The translations under genes and the position numbers were made by a program. The notes beneath the pieces were generated by a model. The model ran no database searches and was not told the DNA's origin. It saw only the letters and a program-made list of their open reading frames with translations. Source: an uncultured Oligoflexus sp. (GTDB lineage Bacteria > Bdellovibrionota_B > Oligoflexia > Oligoflexales > Oligoflexaceae). From it: a stretch of 28,989 bases of DNA. This document shows, one piece after another, positions 18,183-27,086 of the stretch. The stretch is from NCBI GenBank assembly GCA_964236955.1, contig CAXSGP010000059.1, positions 1-28,989 on the forward strand, read 5' to 3'. Within the stretch, counting starts at the first letter, position 1. Every line of letters begins with the position of its first letter.

Positions 18183-19514
18183 GTGGATTCGATCGGTTGG
18201 GAAGTGCTCGTCATACTGAGCCTGATCCTTTTAAATGGTTTTCTGGCTATGTCTGAGATGGCCATCGTTTCATCGAATCGGATCCGCCTTCAGGCCCTGG
18301 CCAATTCCGGTAAAACCGGGGCAAAAATTGCGTTGAATCTTATCGATTCACCCTCCAGGCTCCTCGCTGCCATACAGATAGGAATTACTCTGGTCGGGGT
18401 TTTAATAGGGGCATTTGGAGGATCCTCGCTTTCCGAAAAAGTTGGCCTTCTGATCACCAGGCCCTTCGGGGATTCCATCTTTGGCCCCTATTCTGAAGGC
18501 ATCGGCCTGACCCTGGTGGTCGTGATTTCCACCTTTCTCTCTTTGATCCTTGGCGAACTCGTCCCCAAACGCCTGGCCCTGGCGCATCCCGAGCGGACGG
18601 CGTCCAGGGTAGCACCGGCGATTCGCCTGATCTCGATCCTGTCCACGCCCGGCGTGAAATTCTTGACCTTCAGCACCGAGCTCGTGATGAAGGCGCTGCA
18701 CCTGCAGCATGTGAGCCTACCTCAGGTCACCGGCGAGGAGGTGAAACTGATGGTGGAGCAGGGAACTGTCGCCGGCGTTTTCGATCCGGGCGAGGAAACG
18801 ATTATCAAAAGGACTTTGCGCCTTGGGTCCCTGTCGGCAGCTGACGTGATGACCCCGAGGACCAAAATCGTTTGTTTTGATATCAATAATTATGAACATG
18901 GCGTGGTCCTCGAAAAAGTACGGGCCAGCAAACACACTTATTTTCCCGTCTATAATGAGCAACTTGATAACATCGTCGGACTGCTGTCGGCAAAGCTGAT
19001 GCTCTATGAAATTTCGCAGAAGGCAAGCTGGGATCTGCGTGACTGCCTGATTGCGCCATTAATGGTCCCCGAATCCGTGTCTGTGATCGGCGTGCTTGAA
19101 AGTTTCAAGGAGAAGAGCTCGCACGTTGCCATCGTCATCGATGAATATGGAGGCCTGGCGGGAATGCTTACTATCATCGATATGATGGAGGCCATCGCCG
19201 GGGCCTTGCCGCAGGAAACCGACCAGAACAGCCATCGCTTTGTGCGAAGGGAAGACGGCAGCATCCTCGTCGATGGAATGACTTCAATCCATGAATTCGA
19301 AGAACTGTTCCGGGTGAGCTTTAAGACTTTGACGGAAGGCGAAGACATTCAAACCATCGCCGGACTTTTAATGCAACAGATGGGCCGCATTCCGCGTGAG
19401 GGTGATGTCGTCCAGCTTGAAAATCTCCGTATTGAGGTGGTTGATATGGACGGCCGTCGGGTCGATAAAATTTTAGTTCACACTCTGATTGATGATACGC
19501 TGGATCCGCAGTAA
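18183..19514 (+). CDS. Hemolysin family / CNNM-CBS-CorC_HlyC membrane protein
   Basis: NGFLAMSEMAIVS, QIGIT, GELVPK, VMTPR, VIDEYGG, C-terminal MDGRRVDK; GTG after AGGAG. Confidence 0.92.
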   Translation: MDSIGWEVLVILSLILLNGFLAMSEMAIVSSNRIRLQALANSGKTGAKIALNLIDSPSRLLAAIQIGITLVGVLIGAFGGSSLSEKVGLLITRPFGDSIFGPYSEGIGLTLVVVISTFLSLILGELVPKRLALAHPERTASRVAPAIRLISILSTPGVKFLTFSTELVMKALHLQHVSLPQVTGEEVKLMVEQGTVAGVFDPGEETIIKRTLRLGSLSAADVMTPRTKIVCFDINNYEHGVVLEKVRASKHTYFPVYNEQLDNIVGLLSAKLMLYEISQKASWDLRDCLIAPLMVPESVSVIGVLESFKEKSSHVAIVIDEYGGLAGMLTIIDMMEAIAGALPQETDQNSHRFVRREDGSILVDGMTSIHEFEELFRVSFKTLTEGEDIQTIAGLLMQQMGRIPREGDVVQLENLRIEVVDMDGRRVDKILVHTLIDDTLDPQ

Positions 19515-19925
19515 GTCCGACCCGTGCTAAGGCTCCCCTGCCATGAGTCCCTTTCGCTCTCAAGAGAAGTTTGACATTGACTCGTATTCTTAACTGCGGC
19601 GTTTCTGGCAAGCTCTGCGTCTATTTTTAGCTAAGCGATTTGACCGCCTCAATCCATTCCCGAAATAAAGTTTTCCCAAGATCAACCCCTAAGTTCGGGG
19701 CTGGGCGGACTGAGCATGGGATATTAGGCCCGGCTGGCCTGGGTTTGAGGCCGGACACTAAGAGCCTAAAATTCGCTGACTCCCCATCCCAGCGTTTTTG
19801 TTCCCTGCGTACAGGCAATAGAAATCGATCGCTGATAAAGATAAAGCCACTGGCACTTCCCGCGTTCACGCCAGTTCTCATCTGCAAATCCCTGCCGAAG
19901 GTCAAGCCTACCCAAAATCTCAGCA

Positions 19926-19953
19926 TTGACAGACGCCATTGTTCCGTTATACA
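19926..19953 (+). promoter_or_regulatory. Candidate sigma70 promoter for the sugar ABC operon
   Basis: TTGACA (19926-19931), 16 nt spacer, TATACA (19948-19953), about 60 nt before the xylF start; imperfect -10. Confidence 0.35.
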
Positions 19954-20015
19954 GCGCATTTATAGAATTTTCACTAAGCGTTACGGTATGCAGTCTATCC
20001 CTTTAGGAGTTCTTT

Positions 20016-21056
20016 ATGAAACTTACAACTCGCAGCTTCGCGTGTGCGTCAAGCCTGATTTCTCTCGCCCTCACAAGTGTCATGGGTATGGCCGCCGATG
20101 CCCCCAGCAAGAAATTGAAAATTGGTTTGTCGATGGATACCCTCAAGGAAGAACGCTGGCAGCGCGATCGCGATATGTTTGTGGCGCGAGCCAAGGAACT
20201 GGGCGCCGAAGTGCTCGTTCAAGCGGCGAATGGTAGCGACAGCCTGCAAAACAGCCAAGCTGAAAACCTCTTGACTCAAGGCATCGACGTCCTGGTTGTG
20301 GTTCCTCATAATGGCGTAACATCTGCCGCAATCGTGAAAGCCGCACACAAAGCCGGCAAAAAAGTGATCGCTTATGATCGCCTGATCAGAAACTCCGATG
20401 TTGATTACTACATTTCTTTCGACAACCTCGAAGTCGGCCATATGCAGGCCAAATATCTGCTTGAAAAAGCGCCTAAAGGCAACTATGTCGTGATCGGCGG
20501 CTCGCCGACCGATAACAACGCCCTCCTTTATCACCAAGGTCAGATGGAAATCCTGAAGCCGTCGATCGACAAGGGCGACATCAAAATTGTTGCGGATCAG
20601 TGGGCTAATGAATGGCAGGCCAGCGAAGCGCTCAAGCATACTGAAAACGCTTTGACTAAAAACAAAAACAATGTCGTTGCAATCGTCGCCCCTAATGACG
20701 GAACTGCTGGTGGCGCGATATCCGCCTTGAAGCAACAAAAACTGGCCGGCAAAGTCTTTGTTTCCGGTCAGGATGCAGAGCTTGCAGCTTGTCAACGCAT
20801 CGTCGAAGGCACTCAGTCGATGACCGTCTACAAGCCCATCAAAATCTTAGCCACCAAAGCAGCTGACCTGGCGGTATCGATTGCCAAGGGCGAGACACCC
20901 ACTGGCGAATTCAGCAAATTGAACAACGGCCAGATCGATGTGAAGTCGATTCTGATCCCTCCCGTCCAGGTTGATAAAAACAACATGGATTCAACAGTGA
21001 TCAGCGATGGCTTCCACGACAAAAAAGATGTTTACAAGAACATCACAAAAAGCTGA
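20016..21056 (+). CDS. xylF: D-xylose ABC transporter substrate-binding protein
   Basis: Signal peptide; IGLSMDTLKEERWQRDRD, AYDRLI, SFDN, GSPTDNNA, NDGTAGG, SGQDA, MTVYKP. Confidence 0.9.
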   Translation: MKLTTRSFACASSLISLALTSVMGMAADAPSKKLKIGLSMDTLKEERWQRDRDMFVARAKELGAEVLVQAANGSDSLQNSQAENLLTQGIDVLVVVPHNGVTSAAIVKAAHKAGKKVIAYDRLIRNSDVDYYISFDNLEVGHMQAKYLLEKAPKGNYVVIGGSPTDNNALLYHQGQMEILKPSIDKGDIKIVADQWANEWQASEALKHTENALTKNKNNVVAIVAPNDGTAGGAISALKQQKLAGKVFVSGQDAELAACQRIVEGTQSMTVYKPIKILATKAADLAVSIAKGETPTGEFSKLNNGQIDVKSILIPPVQVDKNNMDSTVISDGFHDKKDVYKNITKS

Positions 21057-21110
21057 TCCTAGCCAAGGACAGGTTATCTCAAGCAAGCTTGCAAAGGCAT
21101 CGGGTGAAAA

Positions 21111-22691
21111 ATGCTGACGGATCAAGAAAATATACTTGAGGCGGAGTGTATAACGAAGGAGTTTTCCGGAGTCGTAGCTCTGAAAGACGTTTCCTTTTCG
21201 GTGCGCACCGGAGAGATTCATGGTCTTTGCGGTGAAAACGGTGCGGGGAAATCCACACTCATCAAAATTCTAAGCGGTCTCTATACCGCCGATACTTTTG
21301 ATGGCCATGTCATCGTCAAAGGCAAACGGCAACGATTCCATTCCATACGGGAAAGCCAGAATGCAGGGATCGCCGTCATTTATCAGGAGCTATCGCTGGT
21401 TTCGGAAATGACCATAGGCGAGAATATTTTTCTCGGCCGGGAACCCTCGCGCTTTGGTTTTGTCGACTGGGATCAAGTCTATGCCCGCTCTCGGGAACTT
21501 CTGAAAAAAGTCGGCCTCAATGTCAATCCGCGCGACCAGGTGAAGTTTCTTGGTATCGGCCAGCAGCAACTTGTCGAAATCGCCAAGGCCTTGAGCGTAA
21601 ACGCCAGCATACTGATACTCGATGAGCCGACCTCGGCTCTGTCCGAATCCGAGGTTGCAAACCTGATTGCAGTTCTGCAGGTCTTGCAGAAGCAGGGTGT
21701 CAGCTGCATATTTATCTCGCACAAGTTTCCTGAGATCTTTGCGCTTTGTGATCGGGTGACCATTCTTCGGGACGGCCGCTCGATCACCACGCATGATCTG
21801 AAGCTCCCTAAGGACAGCGTCGTTCAACAAAGCCAGCTCATTCGTGAGATGGTGGGAAGGGAACTGCGCGATCTTTTTCCAAAGAGCGTCCGCACGCTTG
21901 GCCCCACGCGCTTCGAAGTTAAGAATTATTCAGTTGCTCATCCAAAGTTTGAAGGGCGCTGGCTGCTGCGGGACGTATCCTTTTCCGTCCGTCAGGGCGA
22001 GATTCTTGGTATTGCCGGTCTTATGGGAGCCGGGCGTTCCGAACTCCTGCTCTCCCTCTTCGGCGCTCTCGGCACCAGGCGCGAGGGAGAGGTGTTTCTC
22101 GACGGCGAAGCCGCCTTCTTTACAGGCCCCGACAAAGCGATCGAAGGTGGTCTCGCTCTGGTAAGTGAAGATCGCAAGCGCCTCGGGCTTATCCTCGCCG
22201 ACACTGTGCGCAATAATATTTCTTTAAGCTCGCTGAAACAGCTGTCGAAGTTTGGTGTCCTTAATCTCCCGGATGAAGTAAAGGCGGCTCAGGATCGCAT
22301 GAAAGAGATGCGCATCAAAGCCCCCTCCTGTGAAAGCGAAGTCGGGCATCTCAGCGGGGGCAATCAGCAGAAAGTGGTTCTATCACGTTGGATGATGACC
22401 CGGCCGAAGGTGCTCTTTCTTGATGAGCCAACCCGAGGGATAGATGTCGGAGCCCGGGCTGAGATATATTCCATCATTCATAGGCTCGCGGCCGAAGGCC
22501 TTGCCGTTGTTATGGTGTCGTCGGAATTACCCGAACTTCTAGGCATGAGCGACAGGATCATGGTCATGGCCAATGGACAGCTCAGCCAAGGCATGACCGC
22601 TTCGGAAGCCACTCAAGAAATTATTATGGCTCAGGCTACCGCAGCCGCTCCGATGGCAACTGCGGCACCCATACATGCGCTTTCATTCTAG
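21111..22691 (+). CDS. xylG: Sugar (xylose) ABC transporter ATP-binding protein
   Basis: GENGAGKST, ILDEPT, LSGGNQQK, LDEPTRGIDVGA; directly downstream of xylF. Confidence 0.88.
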   Translation: MLTDQENILEAECITKEFSGVVALKDVSFSVRTGEIHGLCGENGAGKSTLIKILSGLYTADTFDGHVIVKGKRQRFHSIRESQNAGIAVIYQELSLVSEMTIGENIFLGREPSRFGFVDWDQVYARSRELLKKVGLNVNPRDQVKFLGIGQQQLVEIAKALSVNASILILDEPTSALSESEVANLIAVLQVLQKQGVSCIFISHKFPEIFALCDRVTILRDGRSITTHDLKLPKDSVVQQSQLIREMVGRELRDLFPKSVRTLGPTRFEVKNYSVAHPKFEGRWLLRDVSFSVRQGEILGIAGLMGAGRSELLLSLFGALGTRREGEVFLDGEAAFFTGPDKAIEGGLALVSEDRKRLGLILADTVRNNISLSSLKQLSKFGVLNLPDEVKAAQDRMKEMRIKAPSCESEVGHLSGGNQQKVVLSRWMMTRPKVLFLDEPTRGIDVGARAEIYSIIHRLAAEGLAVVMVSSELPELLGMSDRIMVMANGQLSQGMTASEATQEIIMAQATAAAPMATAAPIHALSF

Positions 22692-22696
22692 TCCGG

Positions 22697-22805
22697 TGTC
22701 TGGCGCGGAATGGGGATGAAAGATGCAAGCTCAAAAAAGCGGAGTTTATTCCCCATAAATGAGCATTTTTTCTGCGGCAGTAAAGCAGCCATTGCCGGAC
22801 GGATA
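22697..22805. repeat. MITE-like palindromic repeat, copy 2 (inverted, degenerate ends)
   Basis: AAAAAAGCGGAGTTTATTCCCCATAAATGAGCATTTTTTCTGC is the near-exact reverse complement of the core of 14891-15008. Confidence 0.8.
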
Positions 22806-22868
22806 CAAGTCCAAAGAGTCAAAGTCGAAAAATGGTCGTTCACGAAAGTATGGAATTTTGGAGGGATC

Positions 22869-24044
22869 GTGGCAGCAGTGGAACAGTCTCAAACTTTTCT
22901 TTTTTCAATGCAGCATGCACTCAAGCTAACCAGCAAGCTTCGCACCTACTCGATGGTATTGGCTTTGGCCGTTATCTGGTTTGCTTTTCAATGGGCAACC
23001 GATGGCGCATTCCTCCAGTCTAGAAACCTTTCCAATCTCTTTCGTCAGATGGCCGGCACGGGCACTCTAGCGGTCGGCATGGTCTTGATCATAGTCGCCG
23101 GCCATATCGATTTATCGGTCGGCTCGGTTGCATGTTTTGTGGGAGCGGTGCTAGCGGTTCTGGAAACCAATCATAATTGGGGCGCTTGGCCCGCTTTTGC
23201 CGCAGCATTGACCACGGGAGCCACCATAGGCTTAATCCAGGGTTGGCTGACGAGTTACCAGCGCATCCCGGCGTTTATCGTGACCCTCGGGGGCATGATG
23301 ATCTTTCGAGGCGCCTCGATGTGGTTAACAGCCGGCAATACCATTCCTCTTCCCGATGACTGGATTCTATCGTTGGGCAGCGGCTACCTCAGCACGAATT
23401 TGAGTTGGGCCCTTACCGCCCTCGCTATCGTCGTCGCCAGCTGGTCTTTGATCCGCAATCGCCGGATTCTTCAGAAATATGAGTTGGAATCGGCAGGCTC
23501 GATGACCATGTTGGTCGCTAAAGTCACTGGAATCATCGTCGGTCTAAGCGCGATCATGACTGTATTTGCTCTTTATGAAGGGATTCCTTACCCCGTTCTG
23601 GTCATGGGTTTCTTCATGTTAATTTTTCACTTTTTAGCGACCCGTACGATATTTGGCCGTCACGTCTATGCCGTCGGTGGCAATCTGGAAGCTGCGGGAC
23701 TTTCAGGCATTAGGGTCAAATCCCGAACCCTGATCGTCTTTGTATTAATGGGAACCCTGGCAGCGATCGCCGGACTGATTTTCACCACCCGTGTGGGCTC
23801 TGCCTCGCCTGACGCCGGACAGCTTGCGGAGCTCGATGCGATCGCTTCGTGTGTTATCGGCGGCACCAGCCTTATGGGGGGCCGAGGCTCGGTCATGGGT
23901 GCCTTGCTTGGTGCCCTTATCATGGAAAGCTTAAACAACGGCATGAGTATGGCGAATATGGATTCTTTCTGGCAATACATCGTGAAAGGATCCGTGTTGG
24001 TCATAGCGGTTTGGGCTGATAGCGTCTCGCGTGCCAAAGCATAA
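22869..24044 (+). CDS. xylH: Sugar (xylose) ABC transporter permease
   Basis: NLSNL, GHIDLSVGS, IPAFIVTLGG, FGRHVYAVGGN.EAA.LSGI, ELDAIASCVIGGTSLMGG; GTG 22869 after GGAGG (start uncertain). Confidence 0.88.
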   Translation: MAAVEQSQTFLFSMQHALKLTSKLRTYSMVLALAVIWFAFQWATDGAFLQSRNLSNLFRQMAGTGTLAVGMVLIIVAGHIDLSVGSVACFVGAVLAVLETNHNWGAWPAFAAALTTGATIGLIQGWLTSYQRIPAFIVTLGGMMIFRGASMWLTAGNTIPLPDDWILSLGSGYLSTNLSWALTALAIVVASWSLIRNRRILQKYELESAGSMTMLVAKVTGIIVGLSAIMTVFALYEGIPYPVLVMGFFMLIFHFLATRTIFGRHVYAVGGNLEAAGLSGIRVKSRTLIVFVLMGTLAAIAGLIFTTRVGSASPDAGQLAELDAIASCVIGGTSLMGGRGSVMGALLGALIMESLNNGMSMANMDSFWQYIVKGSVLVIAVWADSVSRAKA

Positions 24045-24060
24045 AAGATTTCTGATTTAT

Positions 24061-24104
24061 CAAAAGGCGGCGGCGCTCGATGGGTACCGCCGCTTTTGCT
24101 TTTG
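24061..24104. terminator. Intrinsic terminator, probably bidirectional
   Basis: CAAAAGGCGGCGG...CCGCCGCTTTTG stem with A/T tails between convergent xylH and ROK genes. Confidence 0.65.
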
Positions 24105-24108
24105 AATA

Positions 24109-25008
24109 TCAGAGAGCCGAGTTGAGATGGGCCGCACCCCTTACACCGCTCGAATCCCCAAATTTGGCGCGAACCATCCGCGTCTCAACTTCGGGGCTAA
24201 AGATATAGGCCCCCCAAATCTTCGGCACGTTCGTATAGATCCTCTCGCAGTTGGAAAGTCCACCACCCACGACGATGAGGTCGGGATCAAGGATATTGAT
24301 GACAACGGCCAGACTGCGAGCAAGCCGATGCTCCAGTCGAACCAGGGCTGCATCCGCCTCGGCATCGCCTTCGCTGGCCAGTTCAACGATCTGCTGAGCG
24401 GTAAGCGGGCGCCCGGTAAATTGAGCAAAGTCCCGCGCCAGGCCACTGCCCGAGATATAGGTTTCAAGACAACCCCTGTGCCCGCAGTAACAAGGTGGGC
24501 TTGGCAAATCTTCGGCCAAAGGATCGGGCAAACGGTTATGCCCCCATTCCCCCCCAATCGAATTGATACCCACCAGCAGCTGCTTACGATGAACAATACC
24601 GCCGCCGCAACCGGTGCCCAGTATGATACCAAACACAGTCGTTGCATCGGCCCCCGCGCCATCCCAGGCTTCAGAAAGCGCAAAACAATTGGCGTCATTG
24701 GCAACGGCGATCGAACGATCGAGTATTTTCTCCAAATCTTTTTGCAGGGAATGCCCGATGAGTTCGGTCGTATTGGCATTTTTTACCAGGCCCGTCCGCG
24801 GCGTGATAGTGCCGGGAATGCCGAGGCCAACGGTTGCTTTGCTGCCGCATTCAAGTTCCACCTCCTCGACCAGTCGGCAGATGCTATCAATGATAGGTTG
24901 ATAGGCGCCACGTGGCGTCGGAATGCGCCGCCGCAGAAGTTCCTTGCCGTGGTCATCCAGGGCCAGGATTTCAATCTTTGTTCCGCCGACGTCTATTCCC
25001 AGTTTCAT
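24109..25008 (-). CDS. ROK family sugar kinase (fructokinase Mak-like)
   Basis: GIDVGGTK, GIPG, NDANCFALSE, GTGCGGG, GEWGH, CYCG..GCLE, GDSSGVRGAA; no HTH; ATG 25008 after GGAG. Confidence 0.9.
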   Translation of the reverse strand: MKLGIDVGGTKIEILALDDHGKELLRRRIPTPRGAYQPIIDSICRLVEEVELECGSKATVGLGIPGTITPRTGLVKNANTTELIGHSLQKDLEKILDRSIAVANDANCFALSEAWDGAGADATTVFGIILGTGCGGGIVHRKQLLVGINSIGGEWGHNRLPDPLAEDLPSPPCYCGHRGCLETYISGSGLARDFAQFTGRPLTAQQIVELASEGDAEADAALVRLEHRLARSLAVVINILDPDLIVVGGGLSNCERIYTNVPKIWGAYIFSPEVETRMVRAKFGDSSGVRGAAHLNSAL

Positions 25009-25241
25009 GAATGACTCCGTTTCATTCTTCATGCCAATCAACCCTGCTGCGACATCTTCAGGATGTCTTTGCGTCGGGCCAATTGTCAATGAAAATGCCT
25101 TCCCGAAGGAAAAAGAAGAGTCTTGTTAATTCTTTCTGATCTTTTCGATCCGACTCTTCCCCTCCGGTTTGCTTACGCGATAGCTGTCTGACCTTGGGAT
25201 TCCAATGCTTATGAGCCAAAGGTTTTGCCACGAATCGAAAA

Positions 25242-26606
25242 TCAGAACACACCCGGCAGAATACCGGTAAAGTTGCTGTTACCCATGAAATTGATCTGCG
25301 TTTGCCCCATCAGTTGGGCGGCGGTGGTCAGGAACTTATTATGTTCGACTCCCGTGAAGTCAAGGTTGCGGTTACCCTTGAGCTTGCCACCCATTTTTCC
25401 CATCATAAAACACGGGATGTTATTGCCGTCATGGGAGTTGGGGTTGGAACCGATACAGCTTGAAAACACGACCAGGGTATTGTCCCAAAGTCCATTGGCT
25501 TTCATGCTTGTCACCATAGTCGCGACTTCTTTCAGGATACGACCTTGAATGGTTACCAGACGCTGCGTGTTCTCATGGGTATTGGCATGATAGGCGACGC
25601 CGGTTGCGGCACCGTCTTCAAAATAAAACTCTTCCGCGCAGTCCGCATAAGCATACTGCATGAGGCCAACCCGCGTAATGTTACAAAGAAAAGCCTGCAT
25701 CATCAATTCGCGGTTGAATCGGTTGATTGCCGGCGTAACAGGTGGTTTATGATACCACTGAGGCAGCGTGCCCGTAGGAAGGATTTTGGCAAGGTCTTCA
25801 CTTCCGCACTTCGAGGGCGGCATCTGAGGCAGGCCAGGAGTCCCAGCTCCGGGCATCATAGAACTCGGGAGGGATTCGGTTCGCCTGATATCCTCATTGA
25901 GTTCGTCCAAGGCAGTGACGTGAGCCTGAAAGACCTGGCCTTCAATGGGACCCAGGGATTTTTCAATACGCTTCATATCGTTTTTTACGTAATCCAGAAT
26001 TCGCTTTTTACCGCTTTTGACATTCATGTCGGCGAGGGCCAGCGAGTTACTGCCACCGCCTTTATCCAAGGCAAAGAGACCGCCGAATATATCCGCGAAA
26101 GCCGCTTTGGGATCGTCCACCGCGGGCGTGCCCTTACCCGCTTTATTGAAAGACACCGCGCGGGTGGGTCCACCCCCGCGACTGGTCAGGCAGCCCAGGG
26201 CGATTGATTTCTTCATGCTATTGGTACCAATGAGGTCGCCAAGCTGCTGGTCCAGAGAATAAGGGGTCGTGATTCCAGCAAGGCCTTTCGTGTGCCCCGT
26301 GAAAACCGTGGTGGGAGAGTTATCGTGATTGGATGCACCCTTCATCTGCAGGCCATGAAATAAGATGAGATCGTCTTTATGAATCGCCAGCGGCGCGGTC
26401 GTGCCCGGGAGATTATCACAGCTGTTGCCCGTTGGCCAGAAGGTCTGCCCGTAGGTACCGGCTCCGTAATAGACGATGAGTACGCGAGGCGCTTCCGCAC
26501 CTAAGGCATCGGATTCGCGGAAAACGCGCAGCAGGGGTGCATAGAGCAGCGTCGAGCTAACGCCTTGAAGCAGTCTGCGACGCGAGATACTGTGTTTAAC
26601 CTTCAT
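25242..26606 (-). CDS. DUF1552 domain protein with Tat-like signal
   Basis: SRRRLL..G signal; SLDQ, DP..AF..IFG, ILDYV, AF.C.ITRV, H...H, NTLVVFSS, H...NIP motifs typical of DUF1552. Confidence 0.82.
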   Translation of the reverse strand: MKVKHSISRRRLLQGVSSTLLYAPLLRVFRESDALGAEAPRVLIVYYGAGTYGQTFWPTGNSCDNLPGTTAPLAIHKDDLILFHGLQMKGASNHDNSPTTVFTGHTKGLAGITTPYSLDQQLGDLIGTNSMKKSIALGCLTSRGGGPTRAVSFNKAGKGTPAVDDPKAAFADIFGGLFALDKGGGSNSLALADMNVKSGKKRILDYVKNDMKRIEKSLGPIEGQVFQAHVTALDELNEDIRRTESLPSSMMPGAGTPGLPQMPPSKCGSEDLAKILPTGTLPQWYHKPPVTPAINRFNRELMMQAFLCNITRVGLMQYAYADCAEEFYFEDGAATGVAYHANTHENTQRLVTIQGRILKEVATMVTSMKANGLWDNTLVVFSSCIGSNPNSHDGNNIPCFMMGKMGGKLKGNRNLDFTGVEHNKFLTTAAQLMGQTQINFMGNSNFTGILPGVF

Positions 26607-27086
26607 TACTGCTCCTGACTAGCTGTATAAGCCCCAGTACGCGAGACCAATCCCGTCCCATCTGCGATGTGCGATTCCAGCTCAATATCTTTTGACCGCT
26701 ATCGAGGGCCGACATCTTGATTGCAGGGACTTCGTTAGCCGCATCGGCATTTTGCTGCTTTTCTTTAGACGGAAAAATCGATTGGCAAAAACCTTTGTTC
26801 AAGGCCCCGCTACATTTTTTCCTGTCAACGCTTAAAGAATTTAAGATCTTCCCCGTAACTGCCAAAGGCAAAATGGGAGCTGTCCACCTCTTTGTCAATG
26901 CTTCAACCTTAGACAGTGAAAGATGGTTAAAGGATGCTTTAAGCCTTTAAAAGTAAAGCCAATAGAACCAGTCGAACCTGGACCGTTTTTTGCTTCAGAA
27001 GACGAAAGAATTTTGATTCCCATGCGAACTATTTCTGCATGCACAAGCAGTCTTGGCTGTCTCCAGAGATAGAAAGGATCACTCCG

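Noticed and set aside
19627..20236. ORFs 19627-19959 (-) and 19640-20236 (+)
   Set aside because: No recognisable domain; they overlap the xylF promoter or coding region.
24127..25014. 295-aa plus-strand ORF
   Set aside because: Antisense shadow of the ROK kinase; same reasoning for 20049-20795, 16820-17455 and 25545-26207.
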